A DNA stretch of 64,000 nucleotides from Verrucomicrobiales bacterium (GTDB taxonomy: Bacteria > Verrucomicrobiota > Verrucomicrobiia > Verrucomicrobiales > V1-33): NCBI GenBank assembly GCA_028293125.1, contig JAQGPJ010000003.1, positions 16,453 to 80,452 of the forward strand. The letters run 5' to 3'. Under the pieces are notes generated by a model. That model was not told the origin of the DNA. It did no database searches and worked only from the letters and a program-made list of their open reading frames with translations. The number at the start of each line of letters is the position of its first letter. Position 1 is the stretch's first letter. Of this stretch, positions 21,978 through 31,586 are shown piece after piece. A program made the position numbers and the translations under genes.

Positions 21978-24218
21978 ATGAACCCTGAAACTGAATCCCT
22001 CATGAGCCAGTATCTCGACGGCCGGGTGAGCGCCCCGGAGGCCGCGGAGCTGGCCAAAATCCTGGCTGAAAACCCGGAGGCCGCCGCACGCTTCGCGGAG
22101 CTGACCCGTATGGACGAGGGACTGCGCACCGCCCTGAAAGCGGAAAGCCGCTCGCAGGTTTTCGCTTCGCGCCTGCGGTCCAATACGGAGACCGGGGAGG
22201 CGAAAAAGGCGGTGCCCGACCGCCGCCACCGCTGGCTGGCCGCCGCCGCCGGGCTGGCGGTGCTGGGTGGGGCGGCGTGGTGGTTCTCGCGCGACGGCGC
22301 GGTTCCGGGGGTGGTCATGGACTGGGCCAAGTCCCGTGTGAAGCACGGCGGCGGCGGGGGCGACAGTTCCGGCGGCGTTGGCTTGACCGCCGATTTGCAG
22401 GCCTCCCTGCCGGTGGACAAGGCGGCGGAGCTCCGACGCAAGCTGCGCAGTTTCGCCATTCCCCACCTGCATATGAGATCGATGGCGCTGACCGACGCCC
22501 TGAATACCCTGAACCGTCAGTGGACGGATCTGCCCCACCGCGATCCGGAGGACGCGAAGCGGGTGAAAATCGATCTCGCGGACAGCGCCCGCAGACGCTG
22601 GCCGGCGCGGGACAAGGAGCCTTTGGTGTCCGTGGACATGCCCAACCTTTCCCTGCACACCGCCCTGAGTCTTATCGCCGCTCAGGCTGGTTTGCAGGTG
22701 GAGGTGGTGGCGGAGGGCGTGACGCTGGCCCCCGGTGGGGACAGCAGCCGGGCTGGGAGCGGTGATGAAAAGAAGACATGGACTTTTCCTCTGACAAAAC
22801 CGGTGGCGGACACTTTCCTGGCGTCCGTGGCCCCGCCGCGGCCCCTGCAGGAGTTTCAGCCATTGAATGCCTGGAACTTTGCAGTGGCCGGCGTGGGTGA
22901 GGACTCTGCAAAGCGGGCGCAAATTCAGGTTCTGGCGGAGCGTCTGCAGACTGCCGACGCATCCACTGCCCATGCGGCATCCGACGGCACCGCCGCAGTT
23001 TCCCAGGAGCAGGCGGTGACTTTGGATTTCACCTACAGAACCAATATGAATGGCCAAGGGCCGGAGCATTGGGTGGGCAGGGTTCAGGCAAATGATGGGA
23101 GTGAACCGGTGGTGACGGTATCCGCGTCGGATTTGGCTGGAGCGGAAACGGATAAACTTCAGGAGGGCGTGGTCAGGCTGGATGCCGCCCCCGGAGCGGA
23201 TCAGGATGATTCCGTCAGGCTCAGTGTGGCTCAGGAGCAGCCGGCGCTGCCCGCTCTGGCCCAGGCTCAAGCGGACCTGGGCGTCCAACGGCTGGTGGAG
23301 GGTCTCAGCCATGGGGTTGAAAACTCCTATATTGAAGCGGGGGCACGTGTGGAATTCGGGCAGGCGGATAATTCCGCCACATATAACTTTCTGTCGTCGG
23401 CAGCAGACACGGCAGGGGCTGGGCAGGATGCTTTGCCGGTGACTGTCACCGGCCGCTTTCTGACAGTGCAACCCTCCTCCGTAACATGGCTTAAAAATCC
23501 CGCTGAGGCACCCTCGTTGGAGTCATGGCTCACGGGCTTGAACGGCGGGTCGATGACCCACGACATTGAGAACGGAATCGTCAGTGTCACCGGATCTCCG
23601 GGGGAACTGCGCAGCGCCTCCGCCGCCATCGCCGCGCTGTCGGAATCCGCCCAGGCGGGGGTGAGCGTGGAGGCACGGCTGGTGCGGCTCGGCGGAAATG
23701 AGGCCCCGGATTTTCTTCCTGAGCCGGATGTGAGGGAAAAAGCCGGGTTGCTGCCAGCGGGAAGAGCCGTGCACGTGCCGGCGGGCAAGGTGGACCAGTT
23801 CCTCAAATCAGCGGCGGGGAAAGGGATATCGGTTGTCAGGCTCCCCTCCGCGCAGGGGCGGAGGAACCAATCGTTTGCTATCGCCCTGGATGGCTCCTCC
23901 CTTCCGGTGGCGGAGAAGCCTGGAGCCTTGGCGGGAGTGCCGCTGGCGCCGCGGGACCCCATGGTTTTGGAGGTGCCCGTGGCCCCCGCGACCCCCAAGA
24001 CCATCATCGGAGTGGCGGCCTCCGAGCCGTCAGTGACCATCACTGCGGATAAAAGCGGCGAGGAATGGACAGTCCACAGCCGGCTGCCGGATGCGGCCGA
24101 CGGCACTGGCCGATTGGTGGACTTTCCAGTGACGGAAGGTTCCTGGGTGGCGGTGCTGGGTGCGGAACCTGACAGTTTTCTGCTGATGCGCTTCCGGTCC
24201 GCGGCAGTGCAGCCCTGA
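21978..24218 (+). CDS. putative anti-sigma factor with a large extracytoplasmic domain
   Basis: Starts 50 nt after the sigma gene. It has an anti-sigma-like N-terminus (LMSQYLDGRVSAPEAAELAKILAENPEAAARFAEL), a single TM (WLAAAAGLAVLGGAAWWF), and then about 640 aa of uncharacterised periplasmic sequence. Confidence 0.55.
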   Translation: MNPETESLMSQYLDGRVSAPEAAELAKILAENPEAAARFAELTRMDEGLRTALKAESRSQVFASRLRSNTETGEAKKAVPDRRHRWLAAAAGLAVLGGAAWWFSRDGAVPGVVMDWAKSRVKHGGGGGDSSGGVGLTADLQASLPVDKAAELRRKLRSFAIPHLHMRSMALTDALNTLNRQWTDLPHRDPEDAKRVKIDLADSARRRWPARDKEPLVSVDMPNLSLHTALSLIAAQAGLQVEVVAEGVTLAPGGDSSRAGSGDEKKTWTFPLTKPVADTFLASVAPPRPLQEFQPLNAWNFAVAGVGEDSAKRAQIQVLAERLQTADASTAHAASDGTAAVSQEQAVTLDFTYRTNMNGQGPEHWVGRVQANDGSEPVVTVSASDLAGAETDKLQEGVVRLDAAPGADQDDSVRLSVAQEQPALPALAQAQADLGVQRLVEGLSHGVENSYIEAGARVEFGQADNSATYNFLSSAADTAGAGQDALPVTVTGRFLTVQPSSVTWLKNPAEAPSLESWLTGLNGGSMTHDIENGIVSVTGSPGELRSASAAIAALSESAQAGVSVEARLVRLGGNEAPDFLPEPDVREKAGLLPAGRAVHVPAGKVDQFLKSAAGKGISVVRLPSAQGRRNQSFAIALDGSSLPVAEKPGALAGVPLAPRDPMVLEVPVAPATPKTIIGVAASEPSVTITADKSGEEWTVHSRLPDAADGTGRLVDFPVTEGSWVAVLGAEPDSFLLMRFRSAAVQP

Positions 24219-24278
24219 GCGGAAAGAGGGAAAACCACAGGCCGTTCGTGAACGATATCCAATGATCCGTCCGGCGGA

Positions 24279-26579
24279 ATGAAATTCCGCACACCGCCGC
24301 CGCGTCATGGCGGGATGCGGATTATTCCTTGCAAACTCAAATCAAATTCGAAGTGCGGACACGGCCCGGACCTCCAGCCCGAGGGGGTTCGGAAGCCAGG
24401 AGCGGGGAAGGGATGGCAGGCTGCCCTGGCCGCCGGAGCGGTGGTGGGGCTGCTGGGCGGACTGCCATTGAAAGCCCTCGCCCAGACGCGGACGTCAGTC
24501 CGGGACACGATGCCCGACACCTGGGTGGGCGCGGATGCGCTGGGCCGCGTGCTGCCAAGCACCGCTGAAGCCGGACCGCCTAAACCCGGAAAGACGGTGG
24601 CCATGTTTTATTTCCTCTGGCTGGGGCCGCACGAGAACGGCGGGCCGTATGACATCACCAAAATCCTGCGGCAGGATCCCGATGCCATGAAAAAGCCCGA
24701 CAGCCCGCTGTGGGGGCCGATGCATGTGCCGCATCATTGGGGCGAGCCGCATCTGGGCTATTACCGCACGGACGATGAATTTGTGCTGGCCAAACACGCG
24801 CAGATGCTGGCGGACGCGGGAGTGGACACTTTGGTGTTCGATGTGACCAATCAGCTGACCTATGCGCACGAATACCGCGCGCTGCTGGAGGTCTTCAGCC
24901 GGGTGCGCAAAAACGGGGGCCGCACTCCGCAGGTGGCGTTTCTGTGCCCGTTCTGGACACCGAAAAAAGTGGTCCGGGAGCTTTGGCGGGAACTTTACTC
25001 CAACGGGGACCACAGCGGTCTGTGGTTCCGGCTGGACGGCAAGCCCTTCATCCTGGCCGATCCCCGGCTGATCGGTGAAACCATCGGCATGGAGCAGCAT
25101 AATTCAGTCACTGAACTGGCTCCCGGCGCGGTGGAGGGACAGACTTTCACGCTCAGTCAGCCGGCCACCGCCGTTTCCGCCTCCTTCGCCACCTGGGGGA
25201 CCACGGACAGCGAGCTGACCCTGACCCTGCGCAAAGCCGCCGGGGAAACCGCGGCCACCCGCACCTTCACCCATATGACGGACAACGGATGGCTGGAGCT
25301 GCGCCCTGACAAACCTCTGGAACCTGGTGAATGGACCTTGGAGGCTTCCGGAGCGGTGGGCAAAGTGGGCTGGTGGAGGCACACCAAATCCCGATTCGGA
25401 GGCGGCTCCGCCACCCTCAACGGAAAGCCGGTGGACGGTGACCGCATGTTCCGCGTGGAGACGGATGACGACGAGGCCCGGCAAATCCGTTCCTTTTTCA
25501 CCTTCCGCTCGCCGCAGGCGGATTACTTCCGCGGACCTGAGCGCCCTGACATGTGGAGCTGGCTGGAGGTGTCGCCCCAGCATGTCTTCCGCAATGCGCG
25601 CAGGGAGGCCGAGATGATGTCCGTGGGGGTGGCGCAGAACGCCGTGGCGGGCCGGCTGGGCTGCCTGAGCGAGGCCGGATCCCATGGCCGCAGCTTCCAC
25701 AACGGCGTGTGGGACACGCGTCCGGACGCGGTCCGACAGGGACTGAATTTCGCGGAGCAGTGGAGCAACGCCCTGAAGGCCGATCCGCCGACAGTGTTTG
25801 TCACCGGCTGGAACGAGTGGATCGCCGGCCGGTTCAATGAATTCAACGGAGTCCGGGAGCCGGTGATGTTTGTGGATCAGTTCAATCAGGAGAACAGCCG
25901 CGACATCGAGCCCATGCGCGACGGCCATGGCGATGATTATTACTATCAGCTGATGTCCGCCGTGCGGCGCTTCAAAGGCGTGCGGCCCCTGCCGCTGGCC
26001 GGGCCGGAGAAAACCATGGCTGCGGCGGCGGATGCCGGGTTCGCCCCATGGACTGAGGTCGCGCCTGTCTTTCTGGACGACGCCGGGGACACGGGGCATC
26101 GGAAACACACCGGCTACGGCGGCAGGCTGAGCTATGAGAACAACACGGGACGCAATGATATCCTCGAAAGCCGCGTGGCCCGCGGCGCGGACACGGTGTG
26201 GTTTTATGTCAAAACCCGCGAACCCCTCACTCCCGCCACGGATCCCGACTGGATGCGGCTGCTGCTGGATACGGACACCAATTCCGCCACGGGCTGGCAG
26301 GGTTATGACTTCCGTTATTCCTGCGGCAGGCTGGAGCAATGGACCGATGGCCGGTGGGAACCTGCGGGCCCGGCTGGAACGGTGGCTATGATTCATGCGG
26401 GAAACGAGCTTCAGGCCGCCATCCCCCGCACGCTTCTCAAGCTGCCGCCCGGCAAAGCCATGCGCTTGGATTTCAAATGGATGGACAACATTCCGGCGGA
26501 GGCCCCACCGCTGGACTGGATCGACACCGGTGACACCGCGCCGAACGGACGGCTGAATTACCGCTTTCTGGCGGAGTGA
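24279..26579 (+). CDS. secreted glycoside-hydrolase-like protein (TIM-barrel, GH99/WbsX-like pattern) with a C-terminal beta-domain
   Basis: Has a signal-like segment (WQAALAAGAVVGLLGGLPLKALAQ). The block FYFLWLG...HLGYYRTDDEFVLAKHAQMLADAGVDTLVFDVTN resembles polysaccharide-hydrolase TIM barrels. The family assignment is from memory and unverified, and the start is uncertain (24279 or 24315). Confidence 0.4.
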   Translation: MKFRTPPPRHGGMRIIPCKLKSNSKCGHGPDLQPEGVRKPGAGKGWQAALAAGAVVGLLGGLPLKALAQTRTSVRDTMPDTWVGADALGRVLPSTAEAGPPKPGKTVAMFYFLWLGPHENGGPYDITKILRQDPDAMKKPDSPLWGPMHVPHHWGEPHLGYYRTDDEFVLAKHAQMLADAGVDTLVFDVTNQLTYAHEYRALLEVFSRVRKNGGRTPQVAFLCPFWTPKKVVRELWRELYSNGDHSGLWFRLDGKPFILADPRLIGETIGMEQHNSVTELAPGAVEGQTFTLSQPATAVSASFATWGTTDSELTLTLRKAAGETAATRTFTHMTDNGWLELRPDKPLEPGEWTLEASGAVGKVGWWRHTKSRFGGGSATLNGKPVDGDRMFRVETDDDEARQIRSFFTFRSPQADYFRGPERPDMWSWLEVSPQHVFRNARREAEMMSVGVAQNAVAGRLGCLSEAGSHGRSFHNGVWDTRPDAVRQGLNFAEQWSNALKADPPTVFVTGWNEWIAGRFNEFNGVREPVMFVDQFNQENSRDIEPMRDGHGDDYYYQLMSAVRRFKGVRPLPLAGPEKTMAAAADAGFAPWTEVAPVFLDDAGDTGHRKHTGYGGRLSYENNTGRNDILESRVARGADTVWFYVKTREPLTPATDPDWMRLLLDTDTNSATGWQGYDFRYSCGRLEQWTDGRWEPAGPAGTVAMIHAGNELQAAIPRTLLKLPPGKAMRLDFKWMDNIPAEAPPLDWIDTGDTAPNGRLNYRFLAE

Positions 26580-26679
26580 GCCATCGTAACGGGATTCAGT
26601 CCGGCATTCCGTTCCTTCCGCTGCTCCCACCGCCGGTGGCCGGTGCGGGAGGGGAAGCGGAGCGCGTTTTCCGTTGCGC

Positions 26680-26716
26680 GGCGGGGGCTGCCGGGGATGA
26701 TGCGCCCCCGCCTTTT
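26680..26716 (+). terminator. terminator-like hairpin immediately upstream of trpE
   Basis: The stem ggcgggggc (26680-26688) / gcccccgcc (26704-26712) is followed by tttt, and it ends 4 nt before the trpE ATG. It could terminate the upstream gene or act as a trpE attenuator. Confidence 0.45.
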
Positions 26717-26719
26717 CCC

Positions 26720-28222
26720 ATGTCCGCTCCTCTGCTTCCCTCCTACGATGAATTTCTGACGCTGACCGCGCAGGGAAATCTGATCCCGGTGTATGCGGAG
26801 CTGACGGCGGATTACGAGACGCCATTGTCGGCTTTCGAGAAGATCGCGGAGGGGGACGGCACTCCGCGCTTCCTGCTGGAATCGGCGGAGGCGACCGGGT
26901 TTTCGGGACGCTACTCCTTCATGGGGGCACGGCCCCGTGCGGTGCTGACAGCACGGGGCAGGCAGATGGAGGTGCGCACGTCGGACGGGAAGATAAACTG
27001 GTTTGAGACGGAGACCGATCCCCTGCGGGAGGTGCAGGATTTCATGGCCGCCTACCGGCCGGTGACCCTGCCCGCGCTGCCGGTGTTTTCCGGCGGGGCG
27101 GTCGGTTATCTGGGTTATGACATGGTGCGGTGGTTCGAGCCGACGGTTTCCCCGCCGCCCGCGCAGGATGAGATGGGATTGCCGGACATGGTGTTTGTGG
27201 TCGCGGACACGCTGGTGATTTTCGACCACCGCTACCGCCTGCTCCAAGTGGTGGCCAATGTCTGCCTGGATGACCATGACGGCCCGGAGGCCGCCTATGG
27301 ATGGGCGCGGACCCGCATCCGGGAGATGATCGACAAGCTCTCCGTGCCCCTGCATGTGAAGCCCATGGCGGCCAAACCGGTGCTTTCCGCCACTCCCCCG
27401 GTGAGCAACACCACGCGGGAGGAATACCTGGGCATGGTGGCCAAAGCCAAGGAGTACATCCAGGCCGGCGATATCTTCCAAGTAGTGCCCAGCCAGCGGT
27501 TCGAGGTCGAATACACCGGTCGTCCGGTGGAGCTTTACCGGGCGCTGCGGCATGTGAATCCGTCGCCCTACATGTTCTGTCTGGAGTTCGCGGATTTCGC
27601 CCTCGTGGGATGCAGCCCGGAGGTGCATGTCCGCTGCATCAGCGGCCGGGTGGACATCCGGCCCATCGCGGGGACCCGCCCCCGCGGGCGCACTCCGGAG
27701 CAGGACGACGCCCTGGCGGCGGAGCTGCTGGCGGATGAGAAGGAGCGCGCGGAGCACATCATGCTCATGGATCTGGCGCGCAACGACGTGGGCCGTGTCT
27801 CCGAGTATGGCAGTGTGAAGGTCACGGACCAGATGGTGATCGAGCGCTACAGCCACGTCATGCACATTGTCAGCAACGTCACCGGACGGCTGGCCGCCGG
27901 ACGCACCAGCTATGATGTCATGCGCGCCACCTTTCCTGCGGGAACCGTGAGCGGTTCCCCCAAAGTACGCGCCATGCAGGTCATTGCCGAGGTGGAGAAA
28001 AGCAAACGCTGCGCTTATGCCGGAGCGGTGGGGTATTTCGGTTTTGATGGGAATCACGACTCGTGCATTGCCTTGCGCACGGTGGTGCTGAGGAATGACA
28101 AGGCCTACATGCAGGCCGGTGCGGGCGTGGTGGCGGATTCCGTGCCGGAAAATGAATATCAAGAGACCGTCAACAAGGCGGCGGCGGCTGTGCGGGCGGT
28201 GGAGCGGGCGCGGGGGCTGTGA
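26720..28222 (+). CDS. trpE: anthranilate synthase component I
   Basis: Contains LLESAE...GRYSF, FQVVPSQRF, RPIAGTRPRG, MLMDLARNDVGRV, IERYSHVMHIVS, FPAGTVSGSPKVRAM, and AGAGVVADSVPENEYQET. The start is placed at ATG 26720. Confidence 0.93.
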   Translation: MSAPLLPSYDEFLTLTAQGNLIPVYAELTADYETPLSAFEKIAEGDGTPRFLLESAEATGFSGRYSFMGARPRAVLTARGRQMEVRTSDGKINWFETETDPLREVQDFMAAYRPVTLPALPVFSGGAVGYLGYDMVRWFEPTVSPPPAQDEMGLPDMVFVVADTLVIFDHRYRLLQVVANVCLDDHDGPEAAYGWARTRIREMIDKLSVPLHVKPMAAKPVLSATPPVSNTTREEYLGMVAKAKEYIQAGDIFQVVPSQRFEVEYTGRPVELYRALRHVNPSPYMFCLEFADFALVGCSPEVHVRCISGRVDIRPIAGTRPRGRTPEQDDALAAELLADEKERAEHIMLMDLARNDVGRVSEYGSVKVTDQMVIERYSHVMHIVSNVTGRLAAGRTSYDVMRATFPAGTVSGSPKVRAMQVIAEVEKSKRCAYAGAVGYFGFDGNHDSCIALRTVVLRNDKAYMQAGAGVVADSVPENEYQETVNKAAAAVRAVERARGL

Positions 28223-28258
28223 TGGACGGAGTGGACGGAGTGGACGGGGTGGAGGATG
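28223..28258. repeat. 9-bp tandem repeat (tggacggag)x3-4
   Basis: tggacggag tggacggag tggacgggg tggaggatg starts 1 nt after the trpE stop. It is an imperfect inverted copy of the 9-bp array at 28707-28751. Confidence 0.7.
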
Positions 28259-28904
28259 GAGCAGGAACCTCTTTTTCCCAGGCATGAAGGATACCGGAAT
28301 TTGGTGAGTTTCCGGAGCGCGCGGCTTTGCTATGATGTGACGGTGCGGTTTTGTGACCGTTATATCCCTGCCAGAAGCCGCACCTATGACCAGATGGTGC
28401 AGGCGGCGCGGAGCGGGGTGAATATCGCGGAGGGCAGTGAGGCCAGTGCCACCTCCAAAAAGACCGAGTTGAAGCTGACCAATGTGGCGCACGCCAGCCT
28501 TGAGGAGCTGCGTCTGGACTATGAGGACTTTCTGCGCCACCGCAATCTCAGGCTTTGGGCAGCATGATGACCCGCGCTGTCATGCACTGGTGGCCAGGCG
28601 CTGCCAAACCGTGGAGAAGGTGGCAGCATGGGTCAGAAAGATAAGAGAGCAGGGCTTGCAGGAGTTCCAAAATAACCTTGGCAACTTCAGAGCATTGTCC
28701 ACTCAGTCCATCCCGTCCATCCCGTCCATCCCGTCCATCCCGTCCATCCCTGCGGAAATCGCCGCCAACGCCGCACTCATTCTCCTCAAAGTAGCGTCCT
28801 CCCTCCTTGAGCGCCAGCTGGCCGCCCTCGCATCAGCCTTTACAGAAAACGGAGGTTTCACAGAACGGCTGCACCGCATCCGCACTCAAAGACGCAGGTC
28901 CTGA
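28256..28904 (+). pseudogene. four-helix-bundle protein (23S rRNA IVS / Avd-like) fused to a four-helix-bundle suffix domain, interrupted by a frameshift
   Basis: The first frame (28256-28567) encodes ...QMVQAARSGVNIAEGSEASATSKKTELKLTNVAHASLEELRLDYEDFLRHRNLRLW and then stops. A second frame continues from about 28555 with HDDPRCHALVARRC...PAEIAANAALILLKVASSLLERQLAALASAFTENGGFTERLHRIRTQRR. Together these match the single-polypeptide architecture I recall for this PVC-typical family. A 1-nt frameshift lies near 28553-28560. Confidence 0.7.
28707..28751. repeat. 9-bp tandem repeat (tccatcccg)x5, in-frame (SIP)n linker
   Basis: Four perfect copies of tccatcccg plus one copy with one mismatch. 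They encode SIPSIPSIPSIPSIP in the downstream frame of the four-helix-bundle gene. Confidence 0.9.
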
Positions 28905-28915
28905 ATACAGCCTGC

Positions 28916-29006
<91 letters not shown>

Positions 29007-29088
29007 TGCCTTTTCTGTTAAGCCTTTGTAAAAGTCCTCCCCTTTCCCGCCGGATGCCGCACACTGGAGCCTGACCGCCCGCCACTCC

Positions 29089-29802
29089 ATGTCCACTCCT
29101 TCCCGGATTCTGCTGATCGACGATGACCGCAAGCTCTGCCGCTTGGTGCGCGATTACCTGTCGCCGCTGGGATACGCCGTGGAGTCCGTGCACGACGGGG
29201 TGGAGGGGGCGAAGCTGGCGCTGGCGGAGAAGTGGGACGCGGTGATATTGGATGTCATGCTGCCCGGCTTGGACGGGCTGGAGGTTCTGCGGCGGCTGCG
29301 GCAGGAATCGGGGATTCCCGTGTTGATGCTGACGGCGCGGGGGGATGAGGCGGACCGGATTGTGGGACTGGAGCTGGGGGCGGATGACTATCTGCCCAAA
29401 ACATTTTCCCCGCGGGAGCTGCTGGCCCGCCTGCGGGCCGTGCTGCGGCGTGTCCGGACAGGGGCTCTGCCGGTGGCGGGGACCGCATCCTGGATTCAGG
29501 TGCGGGATTTGAAAATCAATGTCGATGCCCGCTCGGCGACCCTGGCGGGCGAGCCTCTGGTGCTGACGCCGGTGGAGTTCGAGCTGCTGGTGGCCCTGGC
29601 CCGCGCCAAGGGCCGGGTGAAAACCCGTGAGCAGCTGGTGGATGAAATCCGCGACCGCGAGTATGAGGTCTTTGACCGCTCGGTGGATGTCCACATCTCC
29701 TCCCTGCGGCGCAAACTGAAGGACGATGCCCGCGAGCCCCGTTATCTGCGAACCCTGCGTGCCGCCGGCTACATGATGATCGATCCGGAGGGAAGGGCAT
29801 GA
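29089..29802 (+). CDS. OmpR/PhoB-family response regulator (CpxR-like)
   Basis: Has a receiver domain (ILLIDDD..., DAVILDVMLPGLDG, LMLTARG) and a winged-helix output domain (LTPVEFELLVALA...VDVHISSLRRKL). Confidence 0.93.
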   Translation: MSTPSRILLIDDDRKLCRLVRDYLSPLGYAVESVHDGVEGAKLALAEKWDAVILDVMLPGLDGLEVLRRLRQESGIPVLMLTARGDEADRIVGLELGADDYLPKTFSPRELLARLRAVLRRVRTGALPVAGTASWIQVRDLKINVDARSATLAGEPLVLTPVEFELLVALARAKGRVKTREQLVDEIRDREYEVFDRSVDVHISSLRRKLKDDAREPRYLRTLRAAGYMMIDPEGRA

Positions 29803-31490
29803 AACCGGCAGTGGATCCCGCGCCAAAGCCCGATGCTGCATCCCGTTCCGGAGCGCCCCGGCGCGGGCTGCCGCTTTCCCTCCGGATCCTGCTGTGGTGC
29901 GGGCTGAATCTGCTGCTGCTGGTCGCGGTTCTGCTCTGGGTGCTGTTCCGGGGGCAGCTGGGGCTGGGGCTGGATTCCCTCCTGACAGGACGCGCGGGGG
30001 AGCGGCTTCAGAGCATGGCGGATGTGCTGTCAGGGGAGCTCTCGGGCCTGCCGGAGGCGCGGTGGGATGCGGTGATTTCCCGGACCTCCACGGCCTACGG
30101 AGTGCGGCTGGTTTTGGTGAGGCTGGATGGGCGCTGGTGGGCGGGTGAAAAAATGGAGCTGCCCCCGGAGGTGAGGAAACGGGTGATGGAGCCTCCTCCT
30201 CCGGGCGCGGGCCGCTTTTCCGGCGGGGGAATGGAGGCGGATTTTCCGGGTCGGGATGGTCCCCGTCCCCACTTGGGGAGGGGGCCGGAGGACCGGGGAT
30301 TCCGTGGAGGGCAACCGGAGGGAAGGCCGCTGCCGGACGGGCTTCGCGGTGATGGACCGCCGCCGGGCAGGGATGGCCGTCCAAGGGGCCTGGGAAGACC
30401 GCCCGCGCCCCGCGCCCGGTTTCTGGTGAAGGATGGAAACCCTCCGCTCTACTGGGCAGGCATTCCCATGATGGCCCTGAAAACCGAAACCGGACGGCCC
30501 GGTCCGGCCATGCTGCTGGCGGTGGCGGACAGCCTGACGGAGGGCGGCTGGGTGATCGATCCCGTGCCGTGGCTGGCGGCCGGCTTTGGGGGACTGGGAC
30601 TGTCGGTGCTTCTGTGGTTTCCGCTGGTGCGGGGCATCACGCGGTCCATCCGCGTCATGACGGCGGCCACCGAGCGCATAGCTGAGGGAAAATTCGACAC
30701 CGTGGCCGGGGTGGGACGCTCGGATGAACTGGGCCGGCTGGCCCATGCGATCAATCACCTGGCCGGCAGGCTGGAGCACTTTGTGAATGGCCAGCGGCGC
30801 TTTCTCGGCGACATCGCGCATGAGCTCTGCAGCCCGCTGGCGCGCATGCAGCTGGGCATCTCCCTGCTGGAGCGCACAGTGGGGGCCGACAGTCAGGAGC
30901 GGGTGGCCGATGTGCGGGAGGAGGTGGAGGTGATGACCCAGCTGGTGAATGAGCTGCTCTCCTTCTCCAAATCCGGTCTGCGCGCCCGGGACCTGCCGCT
31001 GGAGGCCGTGCCTCTGGCGGACATGGCGGGGAATGTGATTTCCCGTGAGGCGTCCTCCGGCGATGTGATCCTGACAGAAATTCCGGAAACCCTGACCGCC
31101 ATGGCGGACGCGGAGCTGCTGTCCCGCGCCGTGGCCAATCTGGTGCGCAACGCCCTGCGTTACGCCGGTCACGCGGGACCGGTGAGGATCGGCGCCCGCG
31201 CGGAGGAGGGACAGGTGACCCTCACCGTCAGCGATTCCGGTCCCGGCGTGCCGGAAGCCGATCTGGAGCGCATCTTCGAGCCCTTTCACCGCCCGGACAC
31301 CGCCCGCACGCGGGAGGCCGGGGGATCGGGACTGGGGCTGGCCATCGTGCGCTCCTGCGTGGAGGCCTGTCAGGGTTCCGTGTCCGCCGCCAACAAGCCG
31401 CCCTCCGGGCTGGCGGTGACCATCCGGCTCAACCCCGGTCCGGAAATTCCGGTGCCGGAGCATCCGGAGTCAAAAAACGAGTGCCGGTGA
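29799..31490 (+). CDS. sensor histidine kinase (HAMP-HisKA-HATPase) with a low-complexity periplasmic loop
   Basis: An ATGA overlap links it to the regulator gene. It has two TM segments, a HAMP domain, the H-box (FLGDIAHELCSPLA), an N box (NLVRNALRYA), and G boxes (DSGPGVP, GGSGLGLAIV). The predicted periplasmic loop is Arg/Gly/Pro/Asp-rich. Confidence 0.9.
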   Translation: MKPAVDPAPKPDAASRSGAPRRGLPLSLRILLWCGLNLLLLVAVLLWVLFRGQLGLGLDSLLTGRAGERLQSMADVLSGELSGLPEARWDAVISRTSTAYGVRLVLVRLDGRWWAGEKMELPPEVRKRVMEPPPPGAGRFSGGGMEADFPGRDGPRPHLGRGPEDRGFRGGQPEGRPLPDGLRGDGPPPGRDGRPRGLGRPPAPRARFLVKDGNPPLYWAGIPMMALKTETGRPGPAMLLAVADSLTEGGWVIDPVPWLAAGFGGLGLSVLLWFPLVRGITRSIRVMTAATERIAEGKFDTVAGVGRSDELGRLAHAINHLAGRLEHFVNGQRRFLGDIAHELCSPLARMQLGISLLERTVGADSQERVADVREEVEVMTQLVNELLSFSKSGLRARDLPLEAVPLADMAGNVISREASSGDVILTEIPETLTAMADAELLSRAVANLVRNALRYAGHAGPVRIGARAEEGQVTLTVSDSGPGVPEADLERIFEPFHRPDTARTREAGGSGLGLAIVRSCVEACQGSVSAANKPPSGLAVTIRLNPGPEIPVPEHPESKNECR

Positions 31491-31586
31491 AATCCCCTGG
31501 CATCCGGGGCTCCGCGCCTTCCCAACAGACGGAAGTGGCGTTTCCCAAGCCTTGACGCCGCCGCATTCCCCGGCCTGATTGCAGGC

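Noticed and set aside
26580-26719. A classical trp leader peptide or T-box upstream of trpE
   Set aside because: There is no ATG-initiated mini-ORF with tandem Trp codons, and no T-box consensus is visible. Only the terminator-like hairpin is reported.
26558-28540. A 660-aa minus-strand ORF opposite trpE
   Set aside because: It is a shadow ORF (Arg/His/Gly/Pro-rich), and trpE motifs are unambiguous on the plus strand.
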